A stretch of 24,000 bases of DNA from assembly GCA_963758915.1 (NCBI GenBank), contig CAVWXH010000003.1:292895-316894 (forward strand), written 5' to 3'. The notes under the pieces were generated by a model, which did no database searches, was not told the origin of the DNA, and was given only the letters and a program-made list of their open reading frames with translations. The stretch is from an uncultured Methanomicrobiales archaeon. GTDB taxonomy: Archaea > Halobacteriota > Methanomicrobia > Methanomicrobiales > Methanospirillaceae. This document shows positions 1 through 8,696 of this stretch, one piece after another (within the stretch, counting starts at the first letter, position 1; each line of letters starts with the position of its first letter). A program made the translations under genes and the position numbers.

Positions 1-474
1 CTTCATCGTTTCAATTGCATTCGTTCCACAGACGTTTTCAACCAGGGTAACAAGGTCAGCGTCACCGGTGATACTGACGGCCGTACCGATCGAGATCTGG
101 AGGACAGGGGAGATTCCAAGAAATGAGTATGATTCCGCCCTTATGTCCCGGTCCATAGATTCAAGAAGAAATCCCGGGGCACCCGCTGGGCCTGAACCCT
201 CAGTTCCCTTATGCGATCCAGTAAGACCGTTATAGAGGTCAACCGGGGATATCCCGGTCTGGGGGATTGTAATACTCAGGGGAATAATAACCGGTCTGAC
301 TGACTGATGTGCGAGCCTGCAGAATTCAGTCTTTGTCAGGCTGATAAGATCATGTATTCCGCCTGGAGTTACCATTCCACCGGCATCACCTTTGCGTGGC
401 AGTTTCCAGGACTTTCCGGGTACCGCACGGCTGTTTTCTCCACGGATGAGGGCATGCTTTTCATATACTTTCAT
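1..474 (-). CDS. Chorismate-utilising enzyme, N-terminal part (anthranilate synthase component I / aminodeoxychorismate synthase-like). Continues beyond the window start.
   Basis: My own minus-strand translation from ATG 474 is open to position 1 (158 codons): MKVYEKHALIRG...LTKTEFCRLAHQSVRPVIIPLSITIPQTGISPVDLYNGL...APGFLLESMDRDIRAESYSFLGISPVLQISIG... The 'FLLES ... (R)YSF(I/L)G..P' pattern is characteristic of the TrpE/PabB N-terminal region. An alternative start is ATG 375. The ORF is absent from the supplied track because it runs off the edge. Confidence 0.6.
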   Translation of the reverse strand, partial: MKVYEKHALIRGENSRAVPGKSWKLPRKGDAGGMVTPGGIHDLISLTKTEFCRLAHQSVRPVIIPLSITIPQTGISPVDLYNGLTGSHKGTEGSGPAGAPGFLLESMDRDIRAESYSFLGISPVLQISIGTAVSITGDADLVTLVENVCGTNAIETMK

Positions 475-508
475 CTTTAATTTGCAATTATATATACATT
501 ATGGTATA

Positions 509-528
509 ATGTTGTACAATGTTGTACA
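509..528. promoter_or_regulatory. Perfect tandem 10-mer ATGTTGTACA x2, giving two TGTACA palindromes 10 bp apart, in the AT-rich region upstream of the trpE-like gene
   Basis: Read directly: TGTACA at 513-518 and 523-528. TATA-like runs flank it (tatatata 489-497, tggtataa 503-510). TGTACA is the reported TRP-box consensus bound by TrpY in Methanothermobacter. Confidence 0.4.
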
Positions 529-684
529 AATAATTCAAAACAGAGCTAATTTTCCTGACCAGCACGATGGGAGTTTTTGGGATATCCGGGTTGTCCCTGG
601 ACCGGAAGTGGCAATTAAACGGACCTGGCGTGTCCACCCTACGGGTTCATAATCATAGCCCGTACTATATCAGGTAGTTAACAA

Positions 685-1068
685 ATGACCAGAACGCTTG
701 AGATATGCTGGGACCACACACCTGAGCTCGCTGAAGTCCCGGTGATCACATCAGATACCAAAAAGACCTTCTGTGAACTCCTGAAAGAACTCATGCCGGC
801 ATTCGAACAGGAGGGTATTGTCCTTACGTTCACATCCAGACCAGTAACCAGTGCAGGGGGTGGGCAAAGCCAGGTCACTCTTAACGGGAGACCACTCGGG
901 GCCCTCCTTGTTGAAGTGGCAGAAGAGCAACGGCATTGTGAAGGGAGAAGGTGCGAAATGGACACCCCGGTTACATTTCCCGTGCTTTCACACAGAGATC
1001 TTCCCTATCAGAGTGTCCCGGATCTTATCATCCGGAAAGCGCTCCTCCGGGCCTCAGGCGTCATCTGA
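685..1068 (+). CDS. Hypothetical small protein (127 aa); possibly DUF2703-like, from memory only
   Basis: ORF with coding-like composition, followed by a T7 run at 1099-1105. The layout (LEICWDH..., ...EQEGIVLTF..., ...VTLNGRPL..., HCEGRRC, ...YQSVPDLIIRKALL) resembles my recollection of DUF2703 proteins, but the first CxxC is missing. Confidence 0.5.
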   Translation: MTRTLEICWDHTPELAEVPVITSDTKKTFCELLKELMPAFEQEGIVLTFTSRPVTSAGGGQSQVTLNGRPLGALLVEVAEEQRHCEGRRCEMDTPVTFPVLSHRDLPYQSVPDLIIRKALLRASGVI

Positions 1069-1098
1069 TACTGGGAAAAAGAAGCATCCATTACCCGG

Positions 1099-1105
1099 TT
1101 TTTTT
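1099..1105 (+). terminator. Oligo-T (T7) candidate archaeal terminator after the 685-1068 gene
   Basis: cccggTTTTTTTcccgg lies about 30 nt downstream of the stop codon. Confidence 0.35.
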
Positions 1106-1450
1106 CCCGGTCCGGTGGTTCATGGAGCAGCATTAACCTGTGGTTGTGAACTGATCTCCCCGGGACACGCGCTCCATACCACCCGCAACATCAGGAGCAC
1201 CTGTGCCACCCCGGGACACTCCCCTGCTGCAATTCGAATGTCATTTCAATGGTGTATATATTGATACGATAGGCCTGGTTCAATCGGGTTACAATTGAGT
1301 TCCACGGCGTTTGGGGGGTCATATTGCATTATTTGTCCTGATCTCAAATGCCGGGGCCATCGGACGCCTGGAGCGGAAGGGATCACATTCACACCCCGCA
1401 TGGGCACATTTAATACGAGCAATTAAAAAACTGGATACCTGGTAATTCAT

Positions 1451-1897
1451 ATGGAATGGAAAAAATTCATTATCTCGTGGGTTCTCGGTTCAGTGCTTCT
1501 TTATATAACGCTATTTCTGGTCTCTGCAATTACCATGGTGATTGCACCATTCAACATATTTGATATTGGAGGTATGAGATCTGCAACAGACCCCTTCATG
1601 ATGCTCTATTACCTGTACCCGGTCCTCCTGTCATTCATCACTACCTATGTGTTCTCAGTTGTCCGGGGTTCACTGCAGGGCTCACATGTTGAGAAAGGGC
1701 TTATGTTCGGAGTACTGATGTTCCTGCTCCTCACGGTACCCAGTGGGTTTATCATTATCACCACGATGCAATACCCGGTTGGATTCTATATTGATATGAT
1801 CCTGAACGGGCTGATCAGCTATCCGTTACTGGGTATCCTCTACACTGCCATCTGGGAAAAATGCCCGTACTGCAGCACAGCCAGCGACCAGGTATAA
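1451..1897 (+). CDS. Hypothetical integral membrane protein (148 aa, about 4 hydrophobic helices)
   Basis: ATG-started ORF with a strongly hydrophobic periodic sequence (WVLGSVLLYITLFLVSAITMVIA..., FGVLMFLLLTVPSGFIIITT...). I recognise no family. Confidence 0.6.
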   Translation: MEWKKFIISWVLGSVLLYITLFLVSAITMVIAPFNIFDIGGMRSATDPFMMLYYLYPVLLSFITTYVFSVVRGSLQGSHVEKGLMFGVLMFLLLTVPSGFIIITTMQYPVGFYIDMILNGLISYPLLGILYTAIWEKCPYCSTASDQV

Positions 1898-1899
1898 AT

Positions 1900-1943
1900 C
1901 ACCCGGGAATTCAAGGTATCCGGCAATTCGCGAATTCCGGGTG
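1900..1943. repeat. Inverted repeat/hairpin between convergent genes (CACCCGGGAATTC ... GAATTCCGGGTG) with a nested 12-nt palindrome AATTCGCGAATT
   Basis: Read directly. The arms are 1900-1912 and 1932-1943 (one extra G in the left arm). It sits between the stops of 1451-1897 (+) and 1978-2334 (-). It is a possible bidirectional terminator structure, but the function is unproven. Confidence 0.45.
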
Positions 1944-1977
1944 GGCGGGACTCATGTGCTGCAGGAAATACTATCTG

Positions 1978-2334
1978 CTAACGCCATTTGGACGTGGCAA
2001 AAATTCCCAGTAGTATCGCAATAACAAGCAGGACCCCTGACAGGTACAAGGATTCAAGGACCACGAGACCACCGGCATAGGCAAAAAATACGGATACAAG
2101 CCCGGCAACCCTGCCCCTTTTATAGGCAGTAATCACGGAGAGCAGGAGGAGGATTGTCGGCAATACCACGAAAAAAAATCTGACAGATGGATCATGCAGT
2201 ACCTCGTCCGCTGAACGCTCTGCAAGGGTGAGAAGGACGGTCTGGGGATTAATTCCAATCGCGGTCCATAACCCTGAAAGAAATCCAAGACCAATTACAG
2301 ACTCCCTGATAAAGAGGCCAGATTTTTTCCGCAT
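1978..2334 (-). CDS. Hypothetical small membrane protein (118 aa, 3-4 TM helices)
   Basis: Hydrophobic ORF (VIGLGFLSGLWTAIGI..., FFFVVLPTILLLLSVITAY..., LVSVFFAYAGGLVVL..., GVLLVIAILLGIFA). I recognise no family. Confidence 0.6.
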   Translation of the reverse strand: MRKKSGLFIRESVIGLGFLSGLWTAIGINPQTVLLTLAERSADEVLHDPSVRFFFVVLPTILLLLSVITAYKRGRVAGLVSVFFAYAGGLVVLESLYLSGVLLVIAILLGIFATSKWR

Positions 2335-2644
2335 GGTACTGTATCAATAGTCTCTTGACACCGGGGTGCAAAAATTCTCCCCTTCCCACCGGACACTGCC
2401 GGAATCACCCGGGACCACCGAACCCTTGCTCTTTCCGCCTTTTTTCTCATTCCACCCTGATAATTACGCCGGATCCACCACACACCAAGTCCCGGCTTCT
2501 TTAACTGCAATTAACCAGGCATCCCCCATTCAGGCAGCAGCGTGCCATGATGCAAAATACAGATCCCCTGACCCGGAATTCGTAAGGTCACCATCTCATG
2601 ATACAGACCCTTCGGTTTAAGTAGTTCCAGAATAAGATTCCCAT

Positions 2645-3160
2645 ATGAAATCACTCACCCTGTTCCTCCTCCTTGCGGTTATGGCAGTAATACTCTCAAG
2701 TGGCTGTCTTTCGGACCCCCCCCAGAAAAAACCAGTGACTCCGTCTGTGACTGCTACAACCCCGGTGACCCCGGTAACGTTACCACCTTCAGCCAGCGCC
2801 ACAGGTACACCGGTACAGACACCGGTTATTCCACCAGTAGTTTCTGCCCCGTATGACGACAGGATCGTGTCTGAAACAGTGATCGAAGCTCCAAATCTCA
2901 GAATTCTTAAATATAATGAAGCAAGGCCGGAGGTGGGCAAACTTACTATTACGGGGATTGCAAAGAACGAAGGAAAAACAAGTGTCCCTCATGCAGAGGT
3001 CCAGATAAAATTCTATGACGCAAATAATAATGTAATCGCGATTTCAAAAGCTTCGACAGATAACTTCGATCCAGGTAGTACATGGGGATTTTCCATCGAA
3101 TACCCGGGACAGGATTCAGGGAAAGTCAAGTCCTATAAAGTGACTGTCACACCGGTGTGA
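2645..3160 (+). CDS. Secreted/lipobox protein with a T/P-rich linker and an FxLYD-type domain
   Basis: Signal peptide ending in a lipobox-like LSSGC (MKSLTLFLLLAVMAVILSSGC). A Thr/Pro linker follows (VTPSVTATTPVTPVTLPP...). The C-terminal domain contains ...GIAKNEGKTSVPHAEVQIKFYDANNNVI...FDPGSTWGF..., matching the FxLYD-domain pattern. Confidence 0.75.
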   Translation: MKSLTLFLLLAVMAVILSSGCLSDPPQKKPVTPSVTATTPVTPVTLPPSASATGTPVQTPVIPPVVSAPYDDRIVSETVIEAPNLRILKYNEARPEVGKLTITGIAKNEGKTSVPHAEVQIKFYDANNNVIAISKASTDNFDPGSTWGFSIEYPGQDSGKVKSYKVTVTPV

Positions 3161-3213
3161 AGGAGGAACCGGAACAGCTACCCGGGAAACATAAGGGTGA
3201 ACGAGGGGATTTC

Positions 3214-3221
3214 TTTTTTTT
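3214..3221 (+). terminator. Oligo-T (T8) candidate terminator after the FxLYD gene
   Basis: gatttcTTTTTTTTagcc lies about 55 nt after the stop codon. Confidence 0.45.
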
Positions 3222-3461
3222 AGCCATCCGGATAAGTCTCCTGCTTCCTGTTTACACCAGCTCCCTGGGAACAGTTGGTATTCCAGATAATTGGAAGCCA
3301 CCTGATTATTCAGGTGGGGGGTTTACATGCGCAAGGCGGGAGGGCATCCCGGAAATTTTTTGTATGGCTGACATAACACCACACCGTTACCAGGGTGATT
3401 TTTAATGACGATCGGGCATTGACCAGAATGGTAAAAAAATCCATATCATCACATGTTACTA

Positions 3462-4631
3462 TTAACAGAATGCTGACAGTGTGGACTGGTGCCCTTTCCC
3501 AAGCCCGGATAGAAGGGTACTTTCCTCGTAAAACCTGGCGGGCGGGAGTGAGAAACCGGACGTGAGATAATGGAGTGCACCCGATATTCCGTCAAACTCC
3601 TTTGGTGATGACGCCATAGCGTGCCTGACATTTTCCCTGACATTAAAAACACCGAGGGGAATATACCCCCGCCGGGCTTCACGAAGTATAATCGCCCCTG
3701 CCTGTTTTCCTTCTTTTTCAAGGGCATCGAGGACCGCCATCCTGCATGAATAATAACACCCTCCGACAGTAGAATACCCGTGTTTTTTCCGGTTTCCCTC
3801 ATGATCCGCAAAGATCATTTCCTCGCGGCCAAGCACGTGCAGAAACGCCTCGATCCATTCATACTGCCATACCGTGGGCATCAGCAGGACCGCATAATGG
3901 TTATTCAGGCTGTCAAATTCATGGACACGGTAACAGTCGATTGGGGAATGCTGCCTGACCCGGGAGAGTAAATGGTCCCCGATTATAGTATCGCACGCTG
4001 TGATTGACCAGCGCGTGGGGACCAGCTTTCTTTTCCTTCCCGTACCCATTGTCCCGGCAGACAATGCCTTCTGAATACTGGAGAACGGGACACCCTGGCG
4101 GTGCAGGTCTATAACTGCCCCGGATGCACCAAGATCCGTATCATGGTAGGCCCTCTCGAGGTCGGGGTCCCACCGCCCTTTTTCAATTTCAAATTGTTCC
4201 ATTCTTGCACTGGGACCATGGGGTGACGATTCCTCGGAGAACATCATACCGGCAGGAGGGGTTTCAAAAGTGACATCGCTCTCGACAGATGACGAGGAGA
4301 GAGCTATTTCCTGGAGTTTTTCCACGAACCGATTATCGATATCATCTGCCGCTACCCGTTGTTTCCCACGGACCAGGGACAACCGGTACCTGATTATCTC
4401 ATCCTGGGTAATCCCGGCGGGGATCCATGACTCCGGGGAGTCCAGGATCCTCGTATCCCCGTGGAATGCAGCAATGACCGGGCCGGCATAGACCTTTGGA
4501 TAGGCATGGCTGCCGATAAATACGGAGGGCGGTGAACTTCCCTCCAGCTCGCGACCTATCTCAACAGACCGCATATGAGTCGATAGCGAGTTGGTAATCT
4601 GCCTGAGGTATGCTCCTTTTCCGGGTGTCAT
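3462..4631 (-). CDS. Nre-family DNA repair protein (archaeal DUF650/DUF651 type)
   Basis: The N-terminal ...SPPSVFIGSHAYPKVYAGPV... is typical of the Nre/DUF650 family. The extreme C-terminus QSTLSAFC (3465-3488) resembles a PIP box (QxxLxxF). A T7 run on the minus strand (A7 at 3433-3439) follows the stop. Confidence 0.8.
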   Translation of the reverse strand: MTPGKGAYLRQITNSLSTHMRSVEIGRELEGSSPPSVFIGSHAYPKVYAGPVIAAFHGDTRILDSPESWIPAGITQDEIIRYRLSLVRGKQRVAADDIDNRFVEKLQEIALSSSSVESDVTFETPPAGMMFSEESSPHGPSARMEQFEIEKGRWDPDLERAYHDTDLGASGAVIDLHRQGVPFSSIQKALSAGTMGTGRKRKLVPTRWSITACDTIIGDHLLSRVRQHSPIDCYRVHEFDSLNNHYAVLLMPTVWQYEWIEAFLHVLGREEMIFADHEGNRKKHGYSTVGGCYYSCRMAVLDALEKEGKQAGAIILREARRGYIPLGVFNVRENVRHAMASSPKEFDGISGALHYLTSGFSLPPARFYEESTLLSGLGKGHQSTLSAFC

Positions 4632-4739
4632 CGTTCAGCGATACATGACCTTTCCCTGCATATAAAGCGGAGTAACGCGGCGTGAAAGTGATTACAGCCT
4701 GTATTGATGAGGCCAGTTGTTGCCCGGGGACTGATGAAC

Positions 4740-5621
4740 CTATACGGCATCATCCCAGAAACCGGCCAGTACATCCCATATCCGTCCCTGTAATTCTTTT
4801 ACCGCTGATGTGTCCACGTAACCTGGTTGATCCGGACCTCCTGTTTCACGTTCGTACAATCCCCGGTTAACCTCGATCTGTACCCATGGGATATCCCGGT
4901 GCCAGCGATGAGAAATGGAGATGAAGCCCCCCGCATACGGGCTGTTGAATAATACCTCCCCCTCATTCCCAAATTCGTTCCTGAAATGTTTCGCAAGGTC
5001 CTGGATCAATTCCCTGGGGCAGGTGGACAGCACTCCCGGACGCGGTGCCCCGTTCAGGTCACCATTATTTCCAAGGCAGATAAGTGGCCTGAGCGTTCCC
5101 TTTTCATCCCGGTCTGGTAACGCTTCCGGGAGCATGCTATGGCAGTCAAACGCAATCCTTACCTGGCATTGATCAATAAGCCGGTCGATCGCCTCGTGGT
5201 AGGGAAAAAAATATTTCACCATAAGCCGATGGACCAGGTTGATATCCGGGAACCGTTCATTCCTGTATACCGGTGTGCCAAACCCGGTCGCGGATTTGAT
5301 CGCACCATCGGGGTATTTTGGCGCCAGGTGGTATGGTGGGCGGTTGAGATCGACAACCAGCCGCGACACAGGAGTATCGATAAACGCAGCAACCCGTGAA
5401 CCAAAGTTATAAATTTCCCGTGTTCCCGGGTCACTATAAAATGTGACCTCCTCATTGCTCAGTGCGATACGGCCGATAACCTCATCAGGAATTGTTGTAC
5501 CCCCGTGGGGGACTGAAACGATGAACGGGTACATCTCGGTCAACCTGGCCTCCGTCGGCGGACAGAGGTCTTTCAAAAAGATAGAACGATGTGGAACCAT
5601 ATCTAATCTCCCTTGTCCCAC
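4740..5621 (-). CDS. N-formylglutamate amidohydrolase-family protein
   Basis: Motifs SVPHGGTTIPDE, VVDLNR and AFDCHSM sit in the order expected for the FGase family (PF05013-like). The start is uncertain (M1, M8 or M30). Confidence 0.75.
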   Translation of the reverse strand: MGQGRLDMVPHRSIFLKDLCPPTEARLTEMYPFIVSVPHGGTTIPDEVIGRIALSNEEVTFYSDPGTREIYNFGSRVAAFIDTPVSRLVVDLNRPPYHLAPKYPDGAIKSATGFGTPVYRNERFPDINLVHRLMVKYFFPYHEAIDRLIDQCQVRIAFDCHSMLPEALPDRDEKGTLRPLICLGNNGDLNGAPRPGVLSTCPRELIQDLAKHFRNEFGNEGEVLFNSPYAGGFISISHRWHRDIPWVQIEVNRGLYERETGGPDQPGYVDTSAVKELQGRIWDVLAGFWDDAV

Positions 5622-5885
5622 GAACCCATTAAATCCCAGAAATTAACCTTTATTTCTGATTTAGTCTCATTTTAGAGCATCCCGATCTATTACCCTGGTA
5701 CCTGGCGGGTACTGGTAATGACATGGACAGAGGTAACATAAGGCCATCTCGAGCCTGAAACAATAATGCCAGACATTAGCGTGACTGTACTATCATTTTA
5801 AGGCATATGAGAGTATATATCTCAATATAAGCAATCCGGGCACCCCCGATCGGGGAATACAACCCGCAATGATGAGGTTAAAACC

Positions 5886-6815
5886 ATGAGAAAGATCCTA
5901 ATTGCCGGAATACTGATCGTCCTGCTCTTTGTAGGTACCGCCGCTGCCGTGAGCGTGAATTATGCTCAAACCCAGGTAATTCCCTTAAGTGCTGCCAGGG
6001 ATAATGCTAACTCCGCACTATTATCATACGTGGCACAGGGCAAGCTGGGTTCCTCGGCTGCCTTATGGAAAGGGGCATCACTGTCACAGGCACCGATAAT
6101 TATCTACGATCAGTCCGGAGTTGTTTACTCCTACCTGTATGATGTGATAAACAAAGACGGAAAAATTGTAGGACAGGTCAATGCTGCAGGGAATAAGCTG
6201 GCTGGTGAGCCCGTTATCAGCATAGGGAAGTCACCCCGTTCGTTTGACTCCGATCAGGTAATCCTGAAAGTCCGCGGGCTTGCTGAAAAAGAGTATGTTG
6301 ATTCACAAATCGATAACGTGGTGTTCATCATGGGCCAGGACAGGAAGATCGGTATAATGGTGATACTCACCGAACAGAACGGGCTGACCCGCCGCCTTGC
6401 GTATGACCTTGAGACATTCCAGCTCCGATCGGAACGGATCTCCAATCACGGACTTATCGATGCAGCGACCCCGGCCTCATTATTCGTCTCAATGAGTAGT
6501 TCCGCCGCAACCCGCGCAATTCAGAACTACGACAGCAAAATAAAGGCAATTGCCCGTGTTGTTCCCGTAATGCGACGCGTGGTCCCGGCAGGTTACCTGA
6601 ACACGACGATCAAAAAAGTTCCGGCAGTTTCTGCTGTGAAATCGGTTGAAAAGGGAACTGTTCTGTCGGAGAATAAACAGGCATTACTGCAACACCAATA
6701 CATCCCCACCACCTATACGGCAACCAGGACCGTAATTATCCCGAGCGTGAAGACCCCTGTGCCCTTATCCACCTTCGGGCAGTCACTTCCGGCATCCAGG
6801 TTTAACCCGGTATAA
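5886..6815 (+). CDS. Hypothetical secreted protein (309 aa, N-terminal signal peptide)
   Basis: MRKILIAGILIVLLFVGTAAA signal peptide. GAGGT Shine-Dalgarno at 5872-5876. TATA-like gtatatatc near 5813-5821. T6 run at 6830-6835 downstream. I recognise no family. Confidence 0.65.
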   Translation: MRKILIAGILIVLLFVGTAAAVSVNYAQTQVIPLSAARDNANSALLSYVAQGKLGSSAALWKGASLSQAPIIIYDQSGVVYSYLYDVINKDGKIVGQVNAAGNKLAGEPVISIGKSPRSFDSDQVILKVRGLAEKEYVDSQIDNVVFIMGQDRKIGIMVILTEQNGLTRRLAYDLETFQLRSERISNHGLIDAATPASLFVSMSSSAATRAIQNYDSKIKAIARVVPVMRRVVPAGYLNTTIKKVPAVSAVKSVEKGTVLSENKQALLQHQYIPTTYTATRTVIIPSVKTPVPLSTFGQSLPASRFNPV

Positions 6816-7405
6816 TCCCGGGTAGAATATTTTTTCCCCATTCGTTCTGTTCAGTGAGTGGGATATTAGTGTAGCACCATGGGTTCAGACAGCAGTATTC
6901 CGGAAACTAAATGATTAATTGGCATTCCGGCTCTTTAGTAATCCTCTAACCGAATTTACAGAATAGTGCGCTCTGTAGAAACAGACATGAACGGGACGGT
7001 CATACCCGGACGATTTGAAAATGCTACGTTCAAAATCTCTTCATATTGCTGGCCTTTCAGGCATTTCCAATGAAAATCCCATGGACAATTTCATTCTGTA
7101 TGCTTGTGGCCTTCTGGCATCATACCTGTTTTCATGGGAAATCCTCTCAATCTATCTTGCAGATTGGTAATTCCAAAATTTCGTCACGCTCCCGGGACTC
7201 ATGGCCCGCCGCTTTGTCGACCCCGGTTGGGATAGAGACGATTTCCCACAATACTCTGAATTTAATCAGCCTTCGCCGAAACCCTGTCCAAGAATAGCTA
7301 AATGGGGGTGGGCCAGGGAGGAGGTGATACACTTTCCTGTCTCTTTCAGCTCCCTGTTTTGACGGTACGCAGGGAATCGACGAAGCAAAAAAATAATTCC
7401 AGGGG

Positions 7406-7621
7406 TTATATTCTCTTGGTAACTGCCAGGAACAGGAGCGAAAGCCCTGCAACCAGGGCAATAAGCCCTATGACGTACACCACCCACCTCGGGACCTTCC
7501 CCAATAGTGACGAAGGCGGGGCTGTTGCACCCTCTACCTGATAATCAGGCGGAATATCAGAAGTTACTGAAAACACAACAGGTGTTTCCTCGAGCTGTCT
7601 GCAGGGGCGTGATGGCGTTTG
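7406..7621 (-). other. Out-of-frame continuation of the cohesin gene encoding a linker plus a C-terminal TM anchor with a basic tail
   Basis: My translation of the neighbouring minus frame gives ...EETPVVFSVTSDIPPDYQVEGATAPPSSLLGKVPRWVVYVIGLIALVAGLSLLFLAVTKRI* (stop 7406-7408). This frame has no ATG. It is followed by A7 at 7387-7393 (T7 on the minus strand). No T-run follows the annotated stop at 7557. Confidence 0.5.
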
Positions 7622-8177
7622 TCACAACATCTGCAGTTACGGTAACAGCAGGTGTTGCAGTGGTCACCACGGCAGTTGAAGGGCTTGTCACCGATATTCC
7701 ACCCGGCTTTACGACCAGTTGCGCAGTTGGCGTATCCGGGTTGATATACCCTCCATGGTCATCATCGATCCTGACATTCTGTATTTTCACATTTGAAGTA
7801 CCGGCTGCTACCGCTTCCACGGTTATCTTCACGAGCGTCGTCCCGCTTGCCCCGTCCGAGATTGCTTTGCCAAGGTCCACGGCACTTACCGTTACACGCC
7901 CGGCAGGGAGACTGCTGGTTTTACCAAGCTTTGCCCATGTAGGAAATGAAACACCTGTGATATTACCTACCGAGGGGTTGGTCAGCTGGAAGTCCAGCTG
8001 GTAACCCGACAGCCCGGCAGGGAGCGTGTTAATACTCAGTTCATATGTCACGGTTGAACCAGGCAGCAGGGTTACACCTGGCGGACTCAGGGTGAGGGTT
8101 GTCCCTTGTGACGCACTGACTGTACCGGACGCAGCGATCACCAGGGCCATTACAAGAAACAGCAGGAGGGTTTTCAT
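7557..8177 (-). CDS. Secreted cohesin-domain-like surface protein (206 aa as it stands; the C-terminus is probably disrupted)
   Basis: Signal peptide MKTLLLFLVMALVIAASGTVSA. Cohesin-like block ...YELSINTLPAGLSGYQLDFQLTNPSVGNITGVSFP...GRVTVSAVDLGKAISDG...TLVKITVEAVAAGTSNVKIQNVRIDDDHG..., then a T/V/A-rich linker. The ORF ends abruptly (…RGNTCCVFSNF*) without an anchor. Confidence 0.7.
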   Translation of the reverse strand: MKTLLLFLVMALVIAASGTVSASQGTTLTLSPPGVTLLPGSTVTYELSINTLPAGLSGYQLDFQLTNPSVGNITGVSFPTWAKLGKTSSLPAGRVTVSAVDLGKAISDGASGTTLVKITVEAVAAGTSNVKIQNVRIDDDHGGYINPDTPTAQLVVKPGGISVTSPSTAVVTTATPAVTVTADVVTNAITPLQTARGNTCCVFSNF

Positions 8178-8320
8178 GGTATCACACAGATGTACCTGGT
8201 CTTCCTTGGGAAGTCATCACTTCGGGGAATGCAGGAACAACCTTAATCAGATTGGTGGTGCCTGCATTGATAAAAATATCGATGGGAAACAGGCATTCTT
8301 GTCTGGTCTTAATGAATTAT

Positions 8321-8380
8321 TTCCATATTTATTTGATATATCTGAATATTCTGATATTTCGGATAATCTTATATTAGTAT
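8321..8380 (+). promoter_or_regulatory. AT-rich putative promoter/operator region for the AbrB-hgcAB operon
   Basis: The sequence is ttccatatttatttgatatatctgaatattctgatatttcggataatcttatatta. It holds a TATA-like tract, repeated TGATAT (8334-8339, 8352-8357) and CTGA(A)TATT repeats. A GGAG Shine-Dalgarno at 8399-8402 lies 6 nt before ATG 8409. Confidence 0.3.
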
Positions 8381-8408
8381 GACACCAACCATAAGAACGG
8401 AGTAATGA

Positions 8409-8696
8409 ATGAAGAAAAAGGATCCAGTGGACTATGGCTGCAGAGAAAAATATGCAGATTCCTGCAGGATCGAGGCAATTCTGACTGTCGATGAACGGGG
8501 ACAGATCGTTATCCCGAAGGAGGTACGGGAAACGGCACGGATGGGGGCCGGGGACAGGCTGGCACTTGTCAGCTGCATGAAAGATGGAGATGTCTGTTGT
8601 GTAATGCTCATCCACGCTGACCAGCTGACCAACATGGTCAGGAGCGCTCTCTCGCCCGTAATGAAAGATATTATCGGGGATTTCGGGGAGGCCTGA
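8409..8696 (+). CDS. AbrB/MazE/SpoVT-family DNA-binding protein with five cysteines, including a vicinal CC
   Basis: ...VDERGQIVIPKEVRETARMGAGDRLAL... is the swapped-hairpin SpoVT/AbrB signature. Cysteines are at residues 11, 19, 56, 63 and 64 (…DGDVCCVML…). The stop is 3 nt before the hgcA ATG. Confidence 0.8.
   Translation: MKKKDPVDYGCREKYADSCRIEAILTVDERGQIVIPKEVRETARMGAGDRLALVSCMKDGDVCCVMLIHADQLTNMVRSALSPVMKDIIGDFGEA

Noticed and set aside
392-1264. ORFs 392-652 (+), 678-965 (-), 751-936 (-), 851-1264 (+) and 951-1136 (+)
   Set aside because: 392-652 spans the AT-rich promoter and the 5' end of the trpE-like gene. The others are alternative frames of, or run-ons from, the 685-1068 ORF with non-coding-like composition.
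2366-2620. 84-aa plus-strand ORF (and 2295-2510 on the minus strand) in the 2335-2644 divergent intergenic region
   Set aside because: The translation is Pro/Ser/His-rich and non-protein-like, with no Shine-Dalgarno. The region is more likely to be promoter space for the two divergent genes.
7507-8004. Plus-strand 165-aa ORF overlapping the cohesin gene
   Set aside because: It is antisense to a signal-peptide plus cohesin-like ORF. Its sequence is V/T/A low-complexity, reflecting the Thr/Val-rich linker on the other strand.
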